64,000 nt of DNA from Macrostomum lignano (GCA_002269645.1 NIVC01000158.1:434001-498000); one strand, 5' to 3'. Numbered from the stretch's first letter, positions 1 to 12,094 are shown. Program-made: numbers and translations. Notes: generated by a model not told the origin, from the sequence alone.

Positions 1-560
1 GCTTGTTATAACTGGCTGAGCTGAGGATGATGGGTGAGAGTGAGATGAGTGAGAGTGAAATGAGTGAGACTGAGATGAGTGAGAGTGAAATGAGTGAGTG
101 TAAGACGAGTGAGAGTGAGACGGGTGAGAGAAAGATAAGTGAGAGAGAAATGAGTGAGTGTGAAATGAGTGAGACTGAGATGAGTGAGAGTGAAATGAGT
201 GAGACTGAGATGAGTGAGAGTGAAATGAGTGAGTGTAAGACGAGTGAGAGTGAGATGGGTGAGAGAAAGATGAGTGAGAGTGAAATGAGTGAGAGTGAGA
301 CTGATGAGTGAGATGGGTGAGAGAAAGATGAGTGAGAGTGAAATGAATGAGAGTGGGATAAGTGAGAGTGAGAATAGAGCACTACAACCGTGAGAGCCAG
401 GGCAGCTGGCGGGAATCTCACCTGAAGCTGTAGCACGGGAATTCGGTGGAGTTCGAGATCAGAGAGTCTCCAGGCGGCAGGGATCGCTGAGCTGATCAGG
501 GCTCCCTCAATTTATAGGCGACTTGACCGAGTGGGCGCACCGGCAGCCAATGGGTAGCCG
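1..560 (-). other. 5' part (promoter, non-coding exon 1, intron 21-421, start of exon 2) of a tandem paralog of the neuropeptide-precursor gene; CDS lies outside the window
   Basis: 360-560 closely matches 4870-5060. Shared features: donor CTTCAG|GTGAG (intron starts at 421), acceptor CCTCAG|CT at 21, TATA-like CCTATAAA at about 511-518, and an intron filled with the related GAGTGAGAT repeat. Confidence 0.7.
27..372. repeat. Degenerate 15-bp minisatellite (GAGTGAGAGTGAAAT type), intronic
   Basis: Direct tandem units are visible; the ESEMS ORF is a by-product. Confidence 0.9.
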
Positions 561-1309
561 GCTGCACCGCCCTGCTCTGCAAGGCATCGTGTGCGGGACA
601 TTTGGCACACAATTTGATAATTAGAAAGTCAAACAGCTAGCGGTGGCTTCTCAAATATTGATTGTTAGCCAAGCCATCGCCTAATTTTCCTCGAGCACTC
701 TCGGTCGTTGAATTCGAATCTAATTTTCGCTATAGCGATGCAATGATTGAATCAGATTTTTGTCACCGTTTTTGCTCCGGCGTTGGAATAAAGGCGGACT
801 GGCTAACAGAATGAGGATGAAATGTTTCGGTGGAAAATGACAAATGCTGGAGGAGATTTAAGATTGACAAGCTGTTGAAACCAGGGGATTTTGAACCCGG
901 GGAATTCCAATCCCCGGAACTATTTTTGCATATATTCTGAAATCTGAGGCCATACACAAACAAAAACTTGTTAATAGTTAGTAGGATAGAGGTAAGCATA
1001 AAATGGAGCACATTCGTGTAAAATTCAGATTTGAGGCAAACATTTGATATTGTTGGCTGGGGTGGTGTGCAGAATGTCAGGCAATGTCTGCCTGACTCTA
1101 AAACATGCATTGGCGAACTCTGGCCTCTGCCTCTGACTCTTCCTACGTCCCTTGGATCCTTTGAAACTCCTATCTTCTCTTCTGCTTCCTCTCTTCTCTC
1201 TCTCCTCTTATCTCTTCTCTTTTTTCCTCTCTCCTCTCTCCTCTCTCCCCTCTTATCTCAGAGTGAAAGTAGAGAGAGTAAAAATAGAGAGTGTGAAAGT
1301 ACAGAGTTA

Positions 1310-1690
1310 AAGTACAGAGGGAAAGTACAGAGTGAAAGTAGAGAGTGAAAGTAGAGAGAGTGAATGTACAGAGTGAAAGTACAGAGTGAAAGTACAGAGT
1401 GAAAGTACAGAGTGAAAGTACAGAGTGAAAGTACAGAGTGAAAGTACAGAGTGAAAGTACAGAGTGAAAGTACAGAGTGAAAGTACAGAGTGAAAGTACA
1501 GAGTGAAAGTAAAGAGTGAAAGTAAAGAGTGAAAGTACAGAGTGAAAGTACAGAGTGAAAGTACAGAGAGTGAAAGTACAGAGTGAAAGTACAGAGTGAA
1601 AGTACAGAGTGAAAGTAGAGAGAGTGAAAGTAGAGAGAGTGAAAGTAGAGAGAGTGAAAGTAGAGAGAGTGAAAGTAGGGAGAGTGAAAA
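1310..1690. repeat. 13-bp tandem repeat ACAGAGTGAAAGT
   Basis: Direct tandem units are visible. Confidence 0.95.
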
Positions 1691-2413
1691 TAGGAAGAGT
1701 GAAAGAGCGATAATTTAAGGAAAACAGTGAAAATGTTGTGTGGGTGGAGAGAGTATAAAGAGAGAAAACAATCAGTGTAAATATGGAAACTCTCTGAAAT
1801 TGCGGAACAAAGAGCTTTCAGTGCCAGCATTGAGTTGCTTTCATTTTTGCGACTCAATGGATTTGGTATTGCCAGCAGAAAAAAAAATACTAAAATAAAT
1901 TGTCTTCAGTGTGCCAGTTTCAGATTTCGCAGGCACTCAGCTGCAGTTTTCTATCTTACAATGGAAGATGCAGGATTCTTGCACGCTTTGATGAGCTCTT
2001 TAGCTTTGAGATTTTTTAATGCTGGTGCTGCCTTCCACAGTTGTCTAACAACAGTCTCTAGGCGAATATTGCGCTTTAGTGAATCTATTTTTTGTCTTTT
2101 ACTGCTTTCAATGGTTTCAATTTTCTATATTGTTTGCTTGAGGGCTTTAAGCAATATGCTATTGTGTTGGTAGTGAATTCAGTGCTTTTAAGGCCTGAAG
2201 CTCAGATTCTCTCATTCACCTTCTTGATTGGATGCCTGCCATTATAATAAATAATGATAATAATAACTGACTACACCTGTCCTGATTTGCAGATGTGCAA
2301 CCGACAGCTCAGCCGCAGCTATTGCGCGGGCGCATCTGAAGGCTGCGTACGGCTGTTCAGTCCAAGGACTGAGGGGTCGCCACACAGCCTCAATTACTCC
2401 AGCTAATGCTGGC

Positions 2414-2478
2414 ACCCATTTTACAGCTGGGTGAACTGAAGCAATGCAGAGTTAAGCCTCTTGCTCAAGGACACAAAC
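2414..2478 (+). mobile_element. CORE-SINE/MIR-like core fragment
   Basis: CCCATTTTACAGCTGGGTGAACTGAAGCAATGCAGAGTTAAGCCTCTTGCTCAAGGACACA aligns by eye with the MIR/CORE consensus CCCATTTTACAGATGAGGAAACTGAGGCTCAGAGAGGTTAAGTGACTTGCCCAAGGTCACACA. Confidence 0.65.
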
Positions 2479-2788
2479 TGTTCAAAACTCCAACCACTGG
2501 GCTACAAACCTCCCTATTATGCTATTATAACAGTCCACACGCATTTCGTACTGCGTCTCTTTGATGCCACGGAGAACAAAATACACTACTGAATTACTGT
2601 GAGTAATATAGTAAGAACTTAAGAGAAATATTTTGGCAGACTGCTTGCTACCTGTGTACTGTGCAAGGCATCGTGTCTGACGCAGTGTTGATCTTAGGCA
2701 ATCGTATTGACACAGCCGGACCTTGCCTTTGCCTGTAGCAGTGCCAGTCAGTCCAAGTAACCAAGCTATCCAGGACATGCGCAGTGCC

Positions 2789-3380
2789 CAACCATGAGTC
2801 ACCTGTGCCCCTCACCGCTCACCAACCATGAGTCACCTGTGCCCCTCACCGCTCACCAACCATGAGTCACCTGTGCCCCTCACCGCTCACCAACCATGAG
2901 TCACCTGTGCCCCTCACCGCTCCCCAACCATGAGTCACCTGTGCCCCTCACTGCTCACCAACCATGAGTCACCTGTGCCCCTCACCGCTCACCAACCATG
3001 AGTCACCTGTGCCCCTCACCGCTCACCAACCATGAGTCACCTGTGCCCCTCACTGCTCACCAACTATGAGTCACCTGTGCCCCTTACTGCTCACCAACCA
3101 TGAGTCACCTGTGCTCAATACCGCTCACCAACCATGAGTCACCTGTGCCCCTCACCGCTCACCAACCATGAGTCACCTGTGCCCGTCACTGCTCACCAAC
3201 CATGAGTCACCTGTGCTCAATACCGCTCACCAACCATGAGTCACCTGTGCTCAATACCGCTCACCAACCATGAGTCACCTGTGCCCCTTACTGCTCACCA
3301 ACCATGAGTCACCTGTGCCCCTCACCGCTCACCAACTATGAGTCACCTGTGCCCCTTACTGCTCACCAACCATGAGTCAC
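2789..3380. repeat. 34-bp minisatellite ACCAACCATGAGTCACCTGTGCCCCTCACCGCTC (copy 1)
   Basis: About 17 tandem units; the same unit recurs at 8378-8952. Confidence 0.95.
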
Positions 3381-3734
3381 TTGCGATTTGGAAACTTGTG
3401 CCCTGCTTCTGTCATGTGAGCAGGTGCTTCAGCGGGAGTCTGTCATGTGAGCAGGTGCTTCAGCAATTTGAAAACGCATATCTTTTTTAATGAAAAAAAT
3501 CAGAGGAGATCGGTTTAGATATATGATGAATGCAATTTCGATTGTATTTATTTGTTTTCCAAATTGCCCAACCGATATTTTGTATCGACTTAGATTCAAC
3601 CAACAGTTTTTCAACGGTTTTTCTTCACCCTGAAAGCTTTCACCGGAATTGGCTTCAGTGGCGGAGTTGACTTTTTTGTCTGTGCATTTTCCCGTCCGGA
3701 TAACTGCCGTCCTTATCTGAAATTTTTTGTGGTA

Positions 3735-4025
3735 GATAGTCTAGCAATCCATCATACAGTTTAGCAATCCAGCATGCACAGTCTAGCAATCAATCCAGCA
3801 TGCACAGTCTAGCAATCAATCCAGCATGCACAGTCTAGCAATCAATCCAGCATGCACAGTCTAGCAATCCATCTATCATACAGTCTAGCAATCCAGCATG
3901 CACAGTCTAGCAATCCAGCATGCACAGTCTAGCAATCCAGCATGCACAGTCTAGCAATCCAGCATGCACAGTCTAGCAATCCAGCATGCACAGTCTAGCA
4001 ATCCAGCATGCACAGTCTAGCTATC
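3735..4025. repeat. 22-26-bp tandem repeat AGTCTAGCAATCCAGCATGCAC
   Basis: Direct tandem units immediately 3' of the neuropeptide stop codon. Confidence 0.9.
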
Positions 4026-4037
4026 TATTCATCAATG

Positions 4038-4277
4038 TTAGGAGCCGCACCTTCCATAGTTGCTGGCAAACCTTAGAGTGCCTCTAAAGCCTCTCTTTTC
4101 AGCCTGGGCGGCCGCCCTCTGCCGCAGCAGAGACAGCAGCAGGGCCTCCTCTGCATCCGCCCACAGCCAATCTTTCAGTTCGGCAGCTGCTGCAGGACGG
4201 CCTTCAGCGGGGCTCCACAGGGCGACTGCGAACACCAGCAGCAGCGGCAGGACGAGCTTCAGGACTGGGCACTTCAT
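4038..4277 (-). CDS. Neuropeptide precursor (79 aa): signal peptide, spacer, KR-GFRGTLRFASNY-G-R amidated-peptide cassette
   Basis: MKCPVLKLVLPLLLVFAVALWSPAEG is a signal-like N-terminus, followed by a dibasic KR and a C-terminal Gly-Arg amidation/cleavage signal. A non-coding exon 1 (about 4990-4938) is separated by a GT-AG intron at 4937-4310. Confidence 0.75.
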   Translation of the reverse strand: MKCPVLKLVLPLLLVFAVALWSPAEGRPAAAAELKDWLWADAEEALLLSLLRQRAAAQAEKRGFRGTLRFASNYGRCGS

Positions 4278-4324
4278 CGTTTTGAGCTGGGCTTGCGCAA
4301 TGAGCTTAGCTGAGGGTGATTTGT

Positions 4325-4885
4325 GAGAGTGGGATGGGTGAGAGTGAGATGGGTGAGAGTGAGATGGGTGAGAGTGAGATGGGTGAGATCGAGATGGGTG
4401 AGAGTGATATGGGTGAGAGTGATATGGGTGAGAGTGATATGGGTGAGAGTGATATGGGTGAGAGTGATATGGGTGAGAGTGATATGGGTGAGAGTGATAT
4501 GGGTGAGAGTGATATGGGTGAGAGTGATATGGGTGAGAGTGATATGGGTGAGAGTGATATGGGTGAGAGTGATATGGGTGAGAGTGATATGGGTGAGAGT
4601 GATATGGGTGAGAGTGATATGGGTGAGAGTGATATGGGTGAGAGTGATATGGGTGAGAGTGATATGGGTGAGAGTGATATGGGTGAGAGTGAGATGAGTG
4701 AGAGTGAAATGAGTGAGAGTGATATGGGTGAGAATGATATGGGTGAGAGTGATATGGGTGAGAGTGATATGGGTGAGAGTGATATGGGTGAGAGTGATAT
4801 GGGTGAGAGTGATATGGGTGAGAGTGATATGGGTGAGAGTGAGATGAGTGAGAGTGAAATGAGTGAGAGTGGGATAAGTGAGAGT
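4325..4885. repeat. 15-bp minisatellite GGGTGAGAGTGATAT filling the neuropeptide intron
   Basis: Direct tandem units are visible. Confidence 0.95.
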
Positions 4886-5012
4886 GAGAATAGAGCACAA
4901 CAACCGTGAGAGCCAGGGCAGCAAGCGGGGTTCTCACCTGAAGCAGTAGCACGGGAATTCGGTGGAGTTCGTCAGGCGGCAGGGATCGCGGAGCTGATCA
5001 GGGCTTCCTTTA

Positions 5013-5056
5013 GTTTATAGGCGACTTGACCGAGTGGGCGCACGGGCAGCCAATGG
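5013..5056 (-). promoter_or_regulatory. TATA-like box (CTATAAAC, 5013-5020) and CCAAT-containing element of the neuropeptide gene
   Basis: Both motifs are conserved at equivalent positions in the paralog (about 511-552). Confidence 0.55.
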
Positions 5057-5454
5057 GACCGGCTGGGCGTTAACCCGAATATCCGTGAAGCCGGCGGTGC
5101 CAATCAATTCAACACGCATCGAGTGCCATATCTGGATGTTTTTGATTAACCGAGTGAAAACGCATCGCTTGTGAAAGTCCAGATGCGTGACAAAGGGTTT
5201 TATTCCAAAGAGTTATTTTCGTTCAAAATTCATTTGATATTTTTCTGTAAATGCAAATTAATTGCAGTCAAAAAGCAATTCGCTGTGATTGCTCTCAGCA
5301 GCTGTCAGAGATAAGGGCTGTCGTGTCGCTTAATTGCTTTGCGAATAAACTCATTGCATGCTCTAAAAATGACAAAAAATACGGCAATTAATCTGCTTTG
5401 TTGGCTGCTGTTTGATGCCTGTGTGCGCTGCAATGCAGATTGCGCTTATTCTAT

Positions 5455-5830
5455 TGAGCGCTTATTCCACTGGGTGCTTATTCCACTGGGTGCTTATTCC
5501 ACTGGGTGCTTATTCCACTGGGTGCTTATTCCACTGGGTGCTTATTCCACTGGGTGCTTATTCCACTGGGTGCTTATTCCACTGGGTGCTTATTCCACTG
5601 GGTGCTTATTCCACTGGGTGCTTATTCCACTGGGTGCTTATTCCACTGGGTGCTTATTCCACTGGGTGCTTATTCCACTGGGTGCTTATTCCACTGGGTG
5701 CTTATTCCACTGGGTGCTTATTCCACTGGGTGCTTATTCCACTGGGTGCTTATTCCACTGGGTGCTTATTCCACTGGGTGCTTATTCCACTGGGTGCTTA
5801 TTCCACTGGGTGCTTATTCCACTGGGTGCT
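5455..5830. repeat. 16-bp tandem repeat CTTATTCCACTGGGTG
   Basis: Near-perfect tandem units. Confidence 0.95.
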
Positions 5831-6054
5831 TGTCCCATTGATTGCTTAAATTTCCTGTTCCGTAATGGTTTCTCACCTTTTCAATTCAAATATCGACCAA
5901 ACATCATTAACTTTCAGTAACAAAAACGACCCGGGCAACGTTACTAACAGTAGCATGCTGAGAGCTTGGTTTTTTTCTTGGTCAATAACATTCCTGTAGA
6001 TAATATATGAATGTAATAACATCTGTAATGAAAACATTGTTTGTTTTAACCTTA

Positions 6055-8271
6055 TGATGTAACCGCCCTTGTCGCCTGTCCGCTCCGTAGAGAGACGAAC
6101 GCATGACTAGAGGGGGCAATGACCGTAGGCCGCCTATGACCGGGCAATGACCTGACGGACCTCCAGCACCAGACTGTCCCGCCCACATGATTAGTAGCTT
6201 TGGTAGCGCTTCGTGACCAGAGGGCCAAGGACCCACATGGACCCCACCTGTAGCCAAGGTGCAATAGTTGGTCACTCGGTCAGGGTATGACCGAGTGGCT
6301 GCCACCACTCTATGTGATCTGGCGCACCTGGATCTTTCTACCAGACCTCTCGAGGCTAGAGCCCCGCCTGGATTGGTTACCAGGGGATTTAGGCTAACAG
6401 GGGAGACGCATGCAGCCGAGTACAGGGACTCTGCTTGGGGCATGATCGGGAACTCTGGGCTCAATCCTGGAGGATTTCTCAGCAGGGGATCCTTTGTGGC
6501 TGTGAGCGAGGCTGACTTGCGACTTTGATTACTAAGAGTAGTATGAGGCGAACATGTACTGTCTACAGTTTAGATTGCTCAGGGCGAAGGGACGCGTCAG
6601 CATGGGGTTGCAACCTTCCTACTGCCATTCTGTGCCAAGACTCGCTAATCCCTCTACTGCACGCACACGCGGCCCCGCAGCACGCACTCACAGGCGGGCT
6701 TTGCACGGGGAGAGGCCATTAGCTTACCCAAACTTCCTTATGCTTTGCCACCCCGGGAGAAAGGCTTAGCAAGCCATGAGTGAAATGATGGTGAAAGATT
6801 GAATAATGATGAAGTTAGTTAATAGTTAATAATTAGGCCCTTAGGCGAATAATCAGGCAATTAGGCGGCTTCACTATTGAGTAAAATACAGCAGAAGATA
6901 CGGTATCACAATTGGCTCAGCTCTCTATTCAGACAATGGAAAATAGGCAAACCCCGGATAAGCAAAGGCAATTAGAGCACAAATTAGTAACAGGAACTTA
7001 CCGGCAGCTGCACAGAGAGAGAGAGAGGCGGAGTGACCGGCGGCGGCTGTAGGCTGCAATCAGGCAGACGGTGAAGCGGCGATGCGCTGGAGCGACGAGG
7101 CGCTGATGTGGATCAGGCGATGCTGATGATGCTGGGCGGTATCAGACCGCTGGCCGATAGGCGAGCTCACTTGGGGAGCTAAGGATAACTTGGCGGTGAC
7201 AGACCGCGGACCGGCAGGGGTTCGTCTTATAGACGAATGGGTCAGAACTCAGTCTGACGGCAAGTCTAAAGAAAGACTAGGAGCCCGAAGGTGGGCAAAA
7301 GTTGAGTATTCTCATGCCGAAATCGCTTCCTTTTATAGACCTCACAGCCGCCTCCTCAAGGTCGTTACCATGGCTCCCTCTCTCTGATTGGCTGCCGGCA
7401 GAATGACGTCAGAATGAGTCATGATGAGAAGCATGAGACCGGCATAGCAACATGAGAAATAGGGAAATTGCGCAATCCGGAGGTGGGGTGGGGGGATAAT
7501 TGGCGCAGCGGGTGGTCGCGAAAGTGTTGCGCAAGCAAACATTGAGAACAATAGGGCTGGGGTCGAGAACAAAGGAATTGGAAATCGGGGATAATTGGGG
7601 AAAACTGAGAACAATGGAAAAGTAAACATTGGAGAAAAGGTGATAATTAGGTGCGAAAACGAGAACAAAAGAAAGAGAAAATCGGAGAAAATGTGATAAT
7701 TGGTGGGGGTCGAGAGAACAAAAGAATCAAAAACGAGAACAATAGAAGCGGAGGTGGGGTGGGTGTCGCATGAGAAATTTGGGGGGAAAAACAATGGCGT
7801 GAGAAAAGGTTGCGCAAGAGAGGGGGATGAGTCATCGATGAGTCATCGGGGGGAAGAAGGGGTCACACGACTTGCGTCACCGTTTGGGAGTTTGGGAGGG
7901 GATGGGGAGACGGTGAGCACACAAAATACTGTAAGTAGACACAGGGAAAGAGGGGACAGCGCAGGAAAAGAGTGCGGAGGGAAACAAAAAAAGAGAGGAG
8001 ATAGAGAAAGTACAGGAAGAATAGGGCGGAAACGGAAGAGATAGGGTAGAGGGGGAGGTACAAAAAGGGGTAGGGGGCTCCGGAAAGGCAGGTGTGGCGG
8101 CAGGAGAGACGGGACCAAGGCAGCAGGAGGGGTGCAGCAGAGCGGGAGTCTCCAGGCCCGGTCGGAGACCTGGCCGAGTCTCGACAGCTCTGTGCAGAGG
8201 GTGCATGGGATAGGAGGCACTTTCGAAAAAGTTCCCATGCCCTATCCCGCGACCAGAGCGTGGTTACATCA
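6055..8271 (-). mobile_element. Solo-LTR-like element (2217 bp), copy 1
   Basis: Termini TGATGTAACC...GGTTACATCA with a 4-bp TSD CTTA on both sides. Internal CRE (7404-7411), CCAAT (7387-7391) and TATAAAA (7337-7331) lie on the minus strand. A homologous inverted copy is at 61509-63133. Confidence 0.8.
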
Positions 8272-8377
8272 CTTAGCCGTTTCAAAGACTGAACTGAACT
8301 TGTCGATGAAGTCGTCCATGCTTAGCATTCTAAATCATGCCCGTTTGTGTGAGTCTGGGTCTAAACGTCTATCCCAG

Positions 8378-8952
8378 TCACCGCTCACCAACCATGAGTC
8401 ACCTGTGCCCCTCACCGCTCACCAACCATGAGTCACCTGTGCCCCTCACCGCTCACCAACCATGAGTCACCTGTGCCCCTCACCGCTCACCAACCATGAG
8501 TCACCTGTGCCCCTCACCGCTCACCAACCATGAGTCCCCTGTGCCCCTCACCGCTCACCAACCATGAGTCCCCTGTGCCCGTCACCGCTCACCAACCATG
8601 AGTCACCTGTGCCCCTCACCGCTCACCAACCATGAGTCACCTGTGCCCCTCACCGCTCACCAACCATGAGTCACCTGTGCCCCTCACCGCTCACCAACCA
8701 TGAGTCCCCTGTGCCCCTCACCGCTCACCAACCATGAGTCCCCTGTGCCCCTCACCGCTCACCAACCATGAGTCCCCTGTGCCCGTCACTGCTCACCAAC
8801 CATGAGTCACCTGTGCCCGTCACTGCTCACCAACCATGAATCACCTGTGCCCCTCACCGCTCACCAACCATGAGTCCCCTGTGCCCCTCACCGCTCACCA
8901 ACCATGAGTCACCTGTGCCCCTCACCGCTCACCAACCATGAGTCCCCTGTGC
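8378..8952. repeat. 34-bp minisatellite (copy 2 of the 2789-3380 unit)
   Basis: Same unit as at 2789-3380. Confidence 0.95.
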
Positions 8953-9659
8953 CTGTCAATACAGGTACTGGTTACAACTTATAATTTTTTGTCAGGCAAA
9001 CTGATAAAGCTTAGAGCAAACCGTATTTGAAACTATAGTTATTCAATGGATTTCAGGCATTAATGCATAGGTAAATATGAATTCTGGCCACTTGGCAAGC
9101 GGTAGGTTTCAAAATATCTAATTATGAGTATGGCCATCTAATGAGTAGAAACCTAGAAAATTTTCTGTATAATTGAAAACCAATCAGTCGATAAATATAT
9201 GCAAAGTATATATAATGTGACATCGCTAAAATCTTTGGAACATGGAATGCGGACAGCAACCGATTTTTTAGTTTCTTAAAAATATCAGATATAATATTTC
9301 AGGCGCACACACGTAAATAGGCAAATATTTATATGAAATGAAGAGATTGAGCTGACAAAACGAGAGGCAGATGGTTATTAGAACAGTGTCAGTGTACATT
9401 GAATGTTCATTGGGGGTAGGAAGAAGAGACAGTGAAAGCATCCCAGCCAATCAGGGGCTTTTTATCTAATCTATTTACTGTACTTTTATAATAGAAATTT
9501 TCTCTAACGACATTTCTTGAAAAACCTGAGAGACACACCAGTGCTCAGATGAGATAAGTACAATTAACATCGGAATATTCATAATTATGTGGTTGTTCTT
9601 GTCAGTGAAATTGATAAACAAACTGATGGAGAATCCCCCATTTGCTGCCACTGAATAGA

Positions 9660-9960
9660 TCTTGGCTATAGACAATAAAACTACTCTTGGCTATAGACAA
9701 TAAAACTACTCTTGGCCATAGACAATAAATCTGCTCTTGGCCATAGACAATAAAACTACTCTTGGCCATAGACAATAAATCTGCTCTTGGCCATAGACAA
9801 TAAAACTACTCTTGGCCATAGACAATAAATCTGCTCTTGGCCATAGACAATAAAACTACTCTTGGCCATAGATAATAAAACTACTCTTGGCCATAGACAA
9901 TAAATCTGCTCTTGGCCATAGACAATAAATCTGTTCTTGGCCATAGACAATAAAACTAGA
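9660..9960. repeat. 25-bp tandem repeat CTTGGCCATAGACAATAAA(ACTACT/TCTGCT)
   Basis: Direct tandem units with two alternating variants. Confidence 0.9.
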
Positions 9961-10132
9961 TTCATAATTTCCCATTTGAGCACTGAGTATTTGATGGATT
10001 GATGGCTGGATTTGAGCTGCAGAGTCCAGTTTCATTCCGCTGGGTATAGAACTACTCGTATTTTGAAAAGAGTTCACACATTGAATACCTAATGAGGCTT
10101 TGTTCAGCTCCATAGAGGGAGATCTGGGCGGC

Positions 10133-11749
10133 TCACATCCCAAGGGCGTCAAGCAGGCGCCGGAACTCGGAGAAGTCGATGAACCCATCCCGGTTGGTGT
10201 CGGCGTGGCGGATCATCTGGCGGACGTCCTCCTCGGAGATCTCCTCACCCAAGCTGCTCATGACGCTCTTGAGCTCCTCCGGGCTGATAAAGCCGTCACC
10301 GTTCTTGTCGAAGGCTTTGAACAGCTCTTGAAGGTCCTCGGTGCTGGCCGCCTGGCTGCCGCTACGGTTCTCCATCATGCTGATGAACTCCTCGAATTCG
10401 ATGGTGCCGTTGCCATCCAAGTCGACGTCCTTGATCATGTCCTGGAGGGTTGAAGGTTGATCTAGCTGACATAGTGGCTGCTTCTATCTATCTAGGTATG
10501 TAACTGATTTCAGAATAACAGCTTGCAGCTAAAAAAAGAATTTCGACATAAAATACGCATATGAGAGTTGCTGTGATGTCAAGGCTGATAGGGGGGAATT
10601 GCTGTAATGCTGTGGCTCAAGGCTCATGTTAGGAAGTGCGGAAAGTTCAAGGTTCATGTGGGGAATTGCTGAGATGCCGAGGGTCAATTCAGAGTCAGTG
10701 ACTGTACAATGTCAGAATCTACGTGTAATTTATTAAAAAATATTTCTTTCTTTCTTTCTTGCCTCCAAAATCAATACCGGTTGATGACGTAATCTTGAAA
10801 GTGATCCTTAAAGCTTAAGTACAAAATAAATTTCAATTCATTGCCACTGATACCGTCCAAGGAAGAGCATTGAGAAGCTTTTTCAGTTAATCTAATAAGA
10901 CTAATAAAACGGTCATTCACAAGTTTCTAATCAAAGCAAGTCATAGTCTATGGTCGATGATGCGCTTTAACTCACTCTCACTTGCATCCAATCACTGAAA
11001 CTTAGTAAATGGTTGCTAGAATAACTATAGGGAGATGGAATTGAGACAATTAGGTATAAAGCGATGAAAACGAAATAGGGCATATTTGAGCGAGATACTC
11101 TATGTCGACATTTATAAGCTGAATGAAAGCATACAATACACGATTGAGCGTAATATGGGGTGGGACGATCAATAAAGAGTGAAAGTGGTGCGATCAATAA
11201 TTTTGGGACTGTACGTACGAGCAAGATAAATATGCTAACCTCTAATTGAGCGTACATTTAGCTATTGCAAACGTAAAAGTATAAGAAATACGGTGATACA
11301 GTGGCAGCTCCAGAACATCTATTGTCAAACGTCTAAGCGGTACGCAATGATAGATTGTGTCTATGGTTATGGAGGCAGACAATGGTAGATTGTGTCTATG
11401 GTTATGGAGACAGACAATGGTAGATTGTGTCTATGGTTATGGAGACAGACAATGGTAGATTGTGTCTATGGTTTTGGAGGCAGACAATATAGTTGATGCT
11501 ACAAGTGAGTAAAATACGACAGAATCTACGACAAAATATTGTTTAAATTCTTCAAACCACAAGATATTTCAGACATAAGCATTTAACCAATACCTTAATC
11601 TCCTCTTTGCTGGGTTCCTGGCCGAGATTCCGCATCACCGTGGCGAGCTCCTTGGCCGAGATTCGGCCGTCTCCGTTTTTGTCGAACATTTTAAAGGCCT
11701 CCGTGTACTCGTTGATTTGAGTCGGAGTCAGTTTGTGTCGCTGTGACAT
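10133..11749 (-). CDS. Calmodulin-like protein, 154 aa, 2 coding exons (11749-11594, 10441-10133)
   Basis: Four canonical EF-hand loops: DKNGDGRISAKE, DLDGNGTIEFEE, DKNGDGFISPEE, DTNRDGFIDFSE. The phase-0 GT-AG intron joins EEIK|DMIK. The sequence is too divergent to be true calmodulin. Confidence 0.9.
11345..11490. repeat. 35-bp tandem repeat in the calmodulin-like intron
   Basis: AGACAATGGTAGATTGTGTCTATGGTTATGGAGAC, about 4 copies. Confidence 0.85.
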
Positions 11750-12034
11750 GATTAAGGCCGGTTTTTGAAAGCTTTAAGATTGAAAGAATTTGTGACAGGC
11801 TGAACCGTTGGTTATCCAGAGCTGGGACAGAGCCGCAGGCGGGCAATGCTATAAAATAAATAAGGTGAGAAGCGAAACCAGGTAACGACAAGTTTCAATC
11901 TGGCACAATGAGACACGACAGATGGACAAACAGAATAAGAGAAAGAAAAGAGAAGGGAGCACAAGCTCTGGCTACTAGCTATAGTTTTGAGCAGTTGGTG
12001 TTTGTTTTGTACATTAAATAATAAATGTACGGTG

Positions 12035-12037
<3 letters not shown>

Positions 12038-12094
<57 letters not shown>
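12038..12094. repeat. (GA)n microsatellite
   Basis: Direct reading. Confidence 0.95.

Noticed and set aside
1258-1857. Long ORFs over tandem arrays (also 4274-4952 repeat part, 5339-5920, 14279-15115, 18126-19599, 25209-26026, 30457-31269, 37194-38871, 41700-42872)
   Set aside because: The periodic peptides simply reflect stop-free repeat units, are open in several frames, and mostly lie in introns.
760-2200. Coding-like minus-strand stretches with in-frame stops (e.g. ETIESSKRQKIDSLKRNIRL...)
   Set aside because: No recognisable motif; possibly a decayed transposon ORF, but unassignable.
2789-3380. Regular 25-35-bp repeats resembling CRISPR arrays
   Set aside because: The units are head-to-tail with no unique spacers, there are no cas genes, and the context is eukaryotic.
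4038-4952. 304-aa His-rich ORF (HSHPY)n
   Set aside because: It reads through the GT-AG intron 4937-4310; the real CDS starts at ATG 4277.
10100-10453. Plus-strand ORF opposite the calmodulin-like exon (similarly 15857-16189, 39681-40103, 44033-44502)
   Set aside because: Antisense shadows of GC3-rich or low-complexity sequence.
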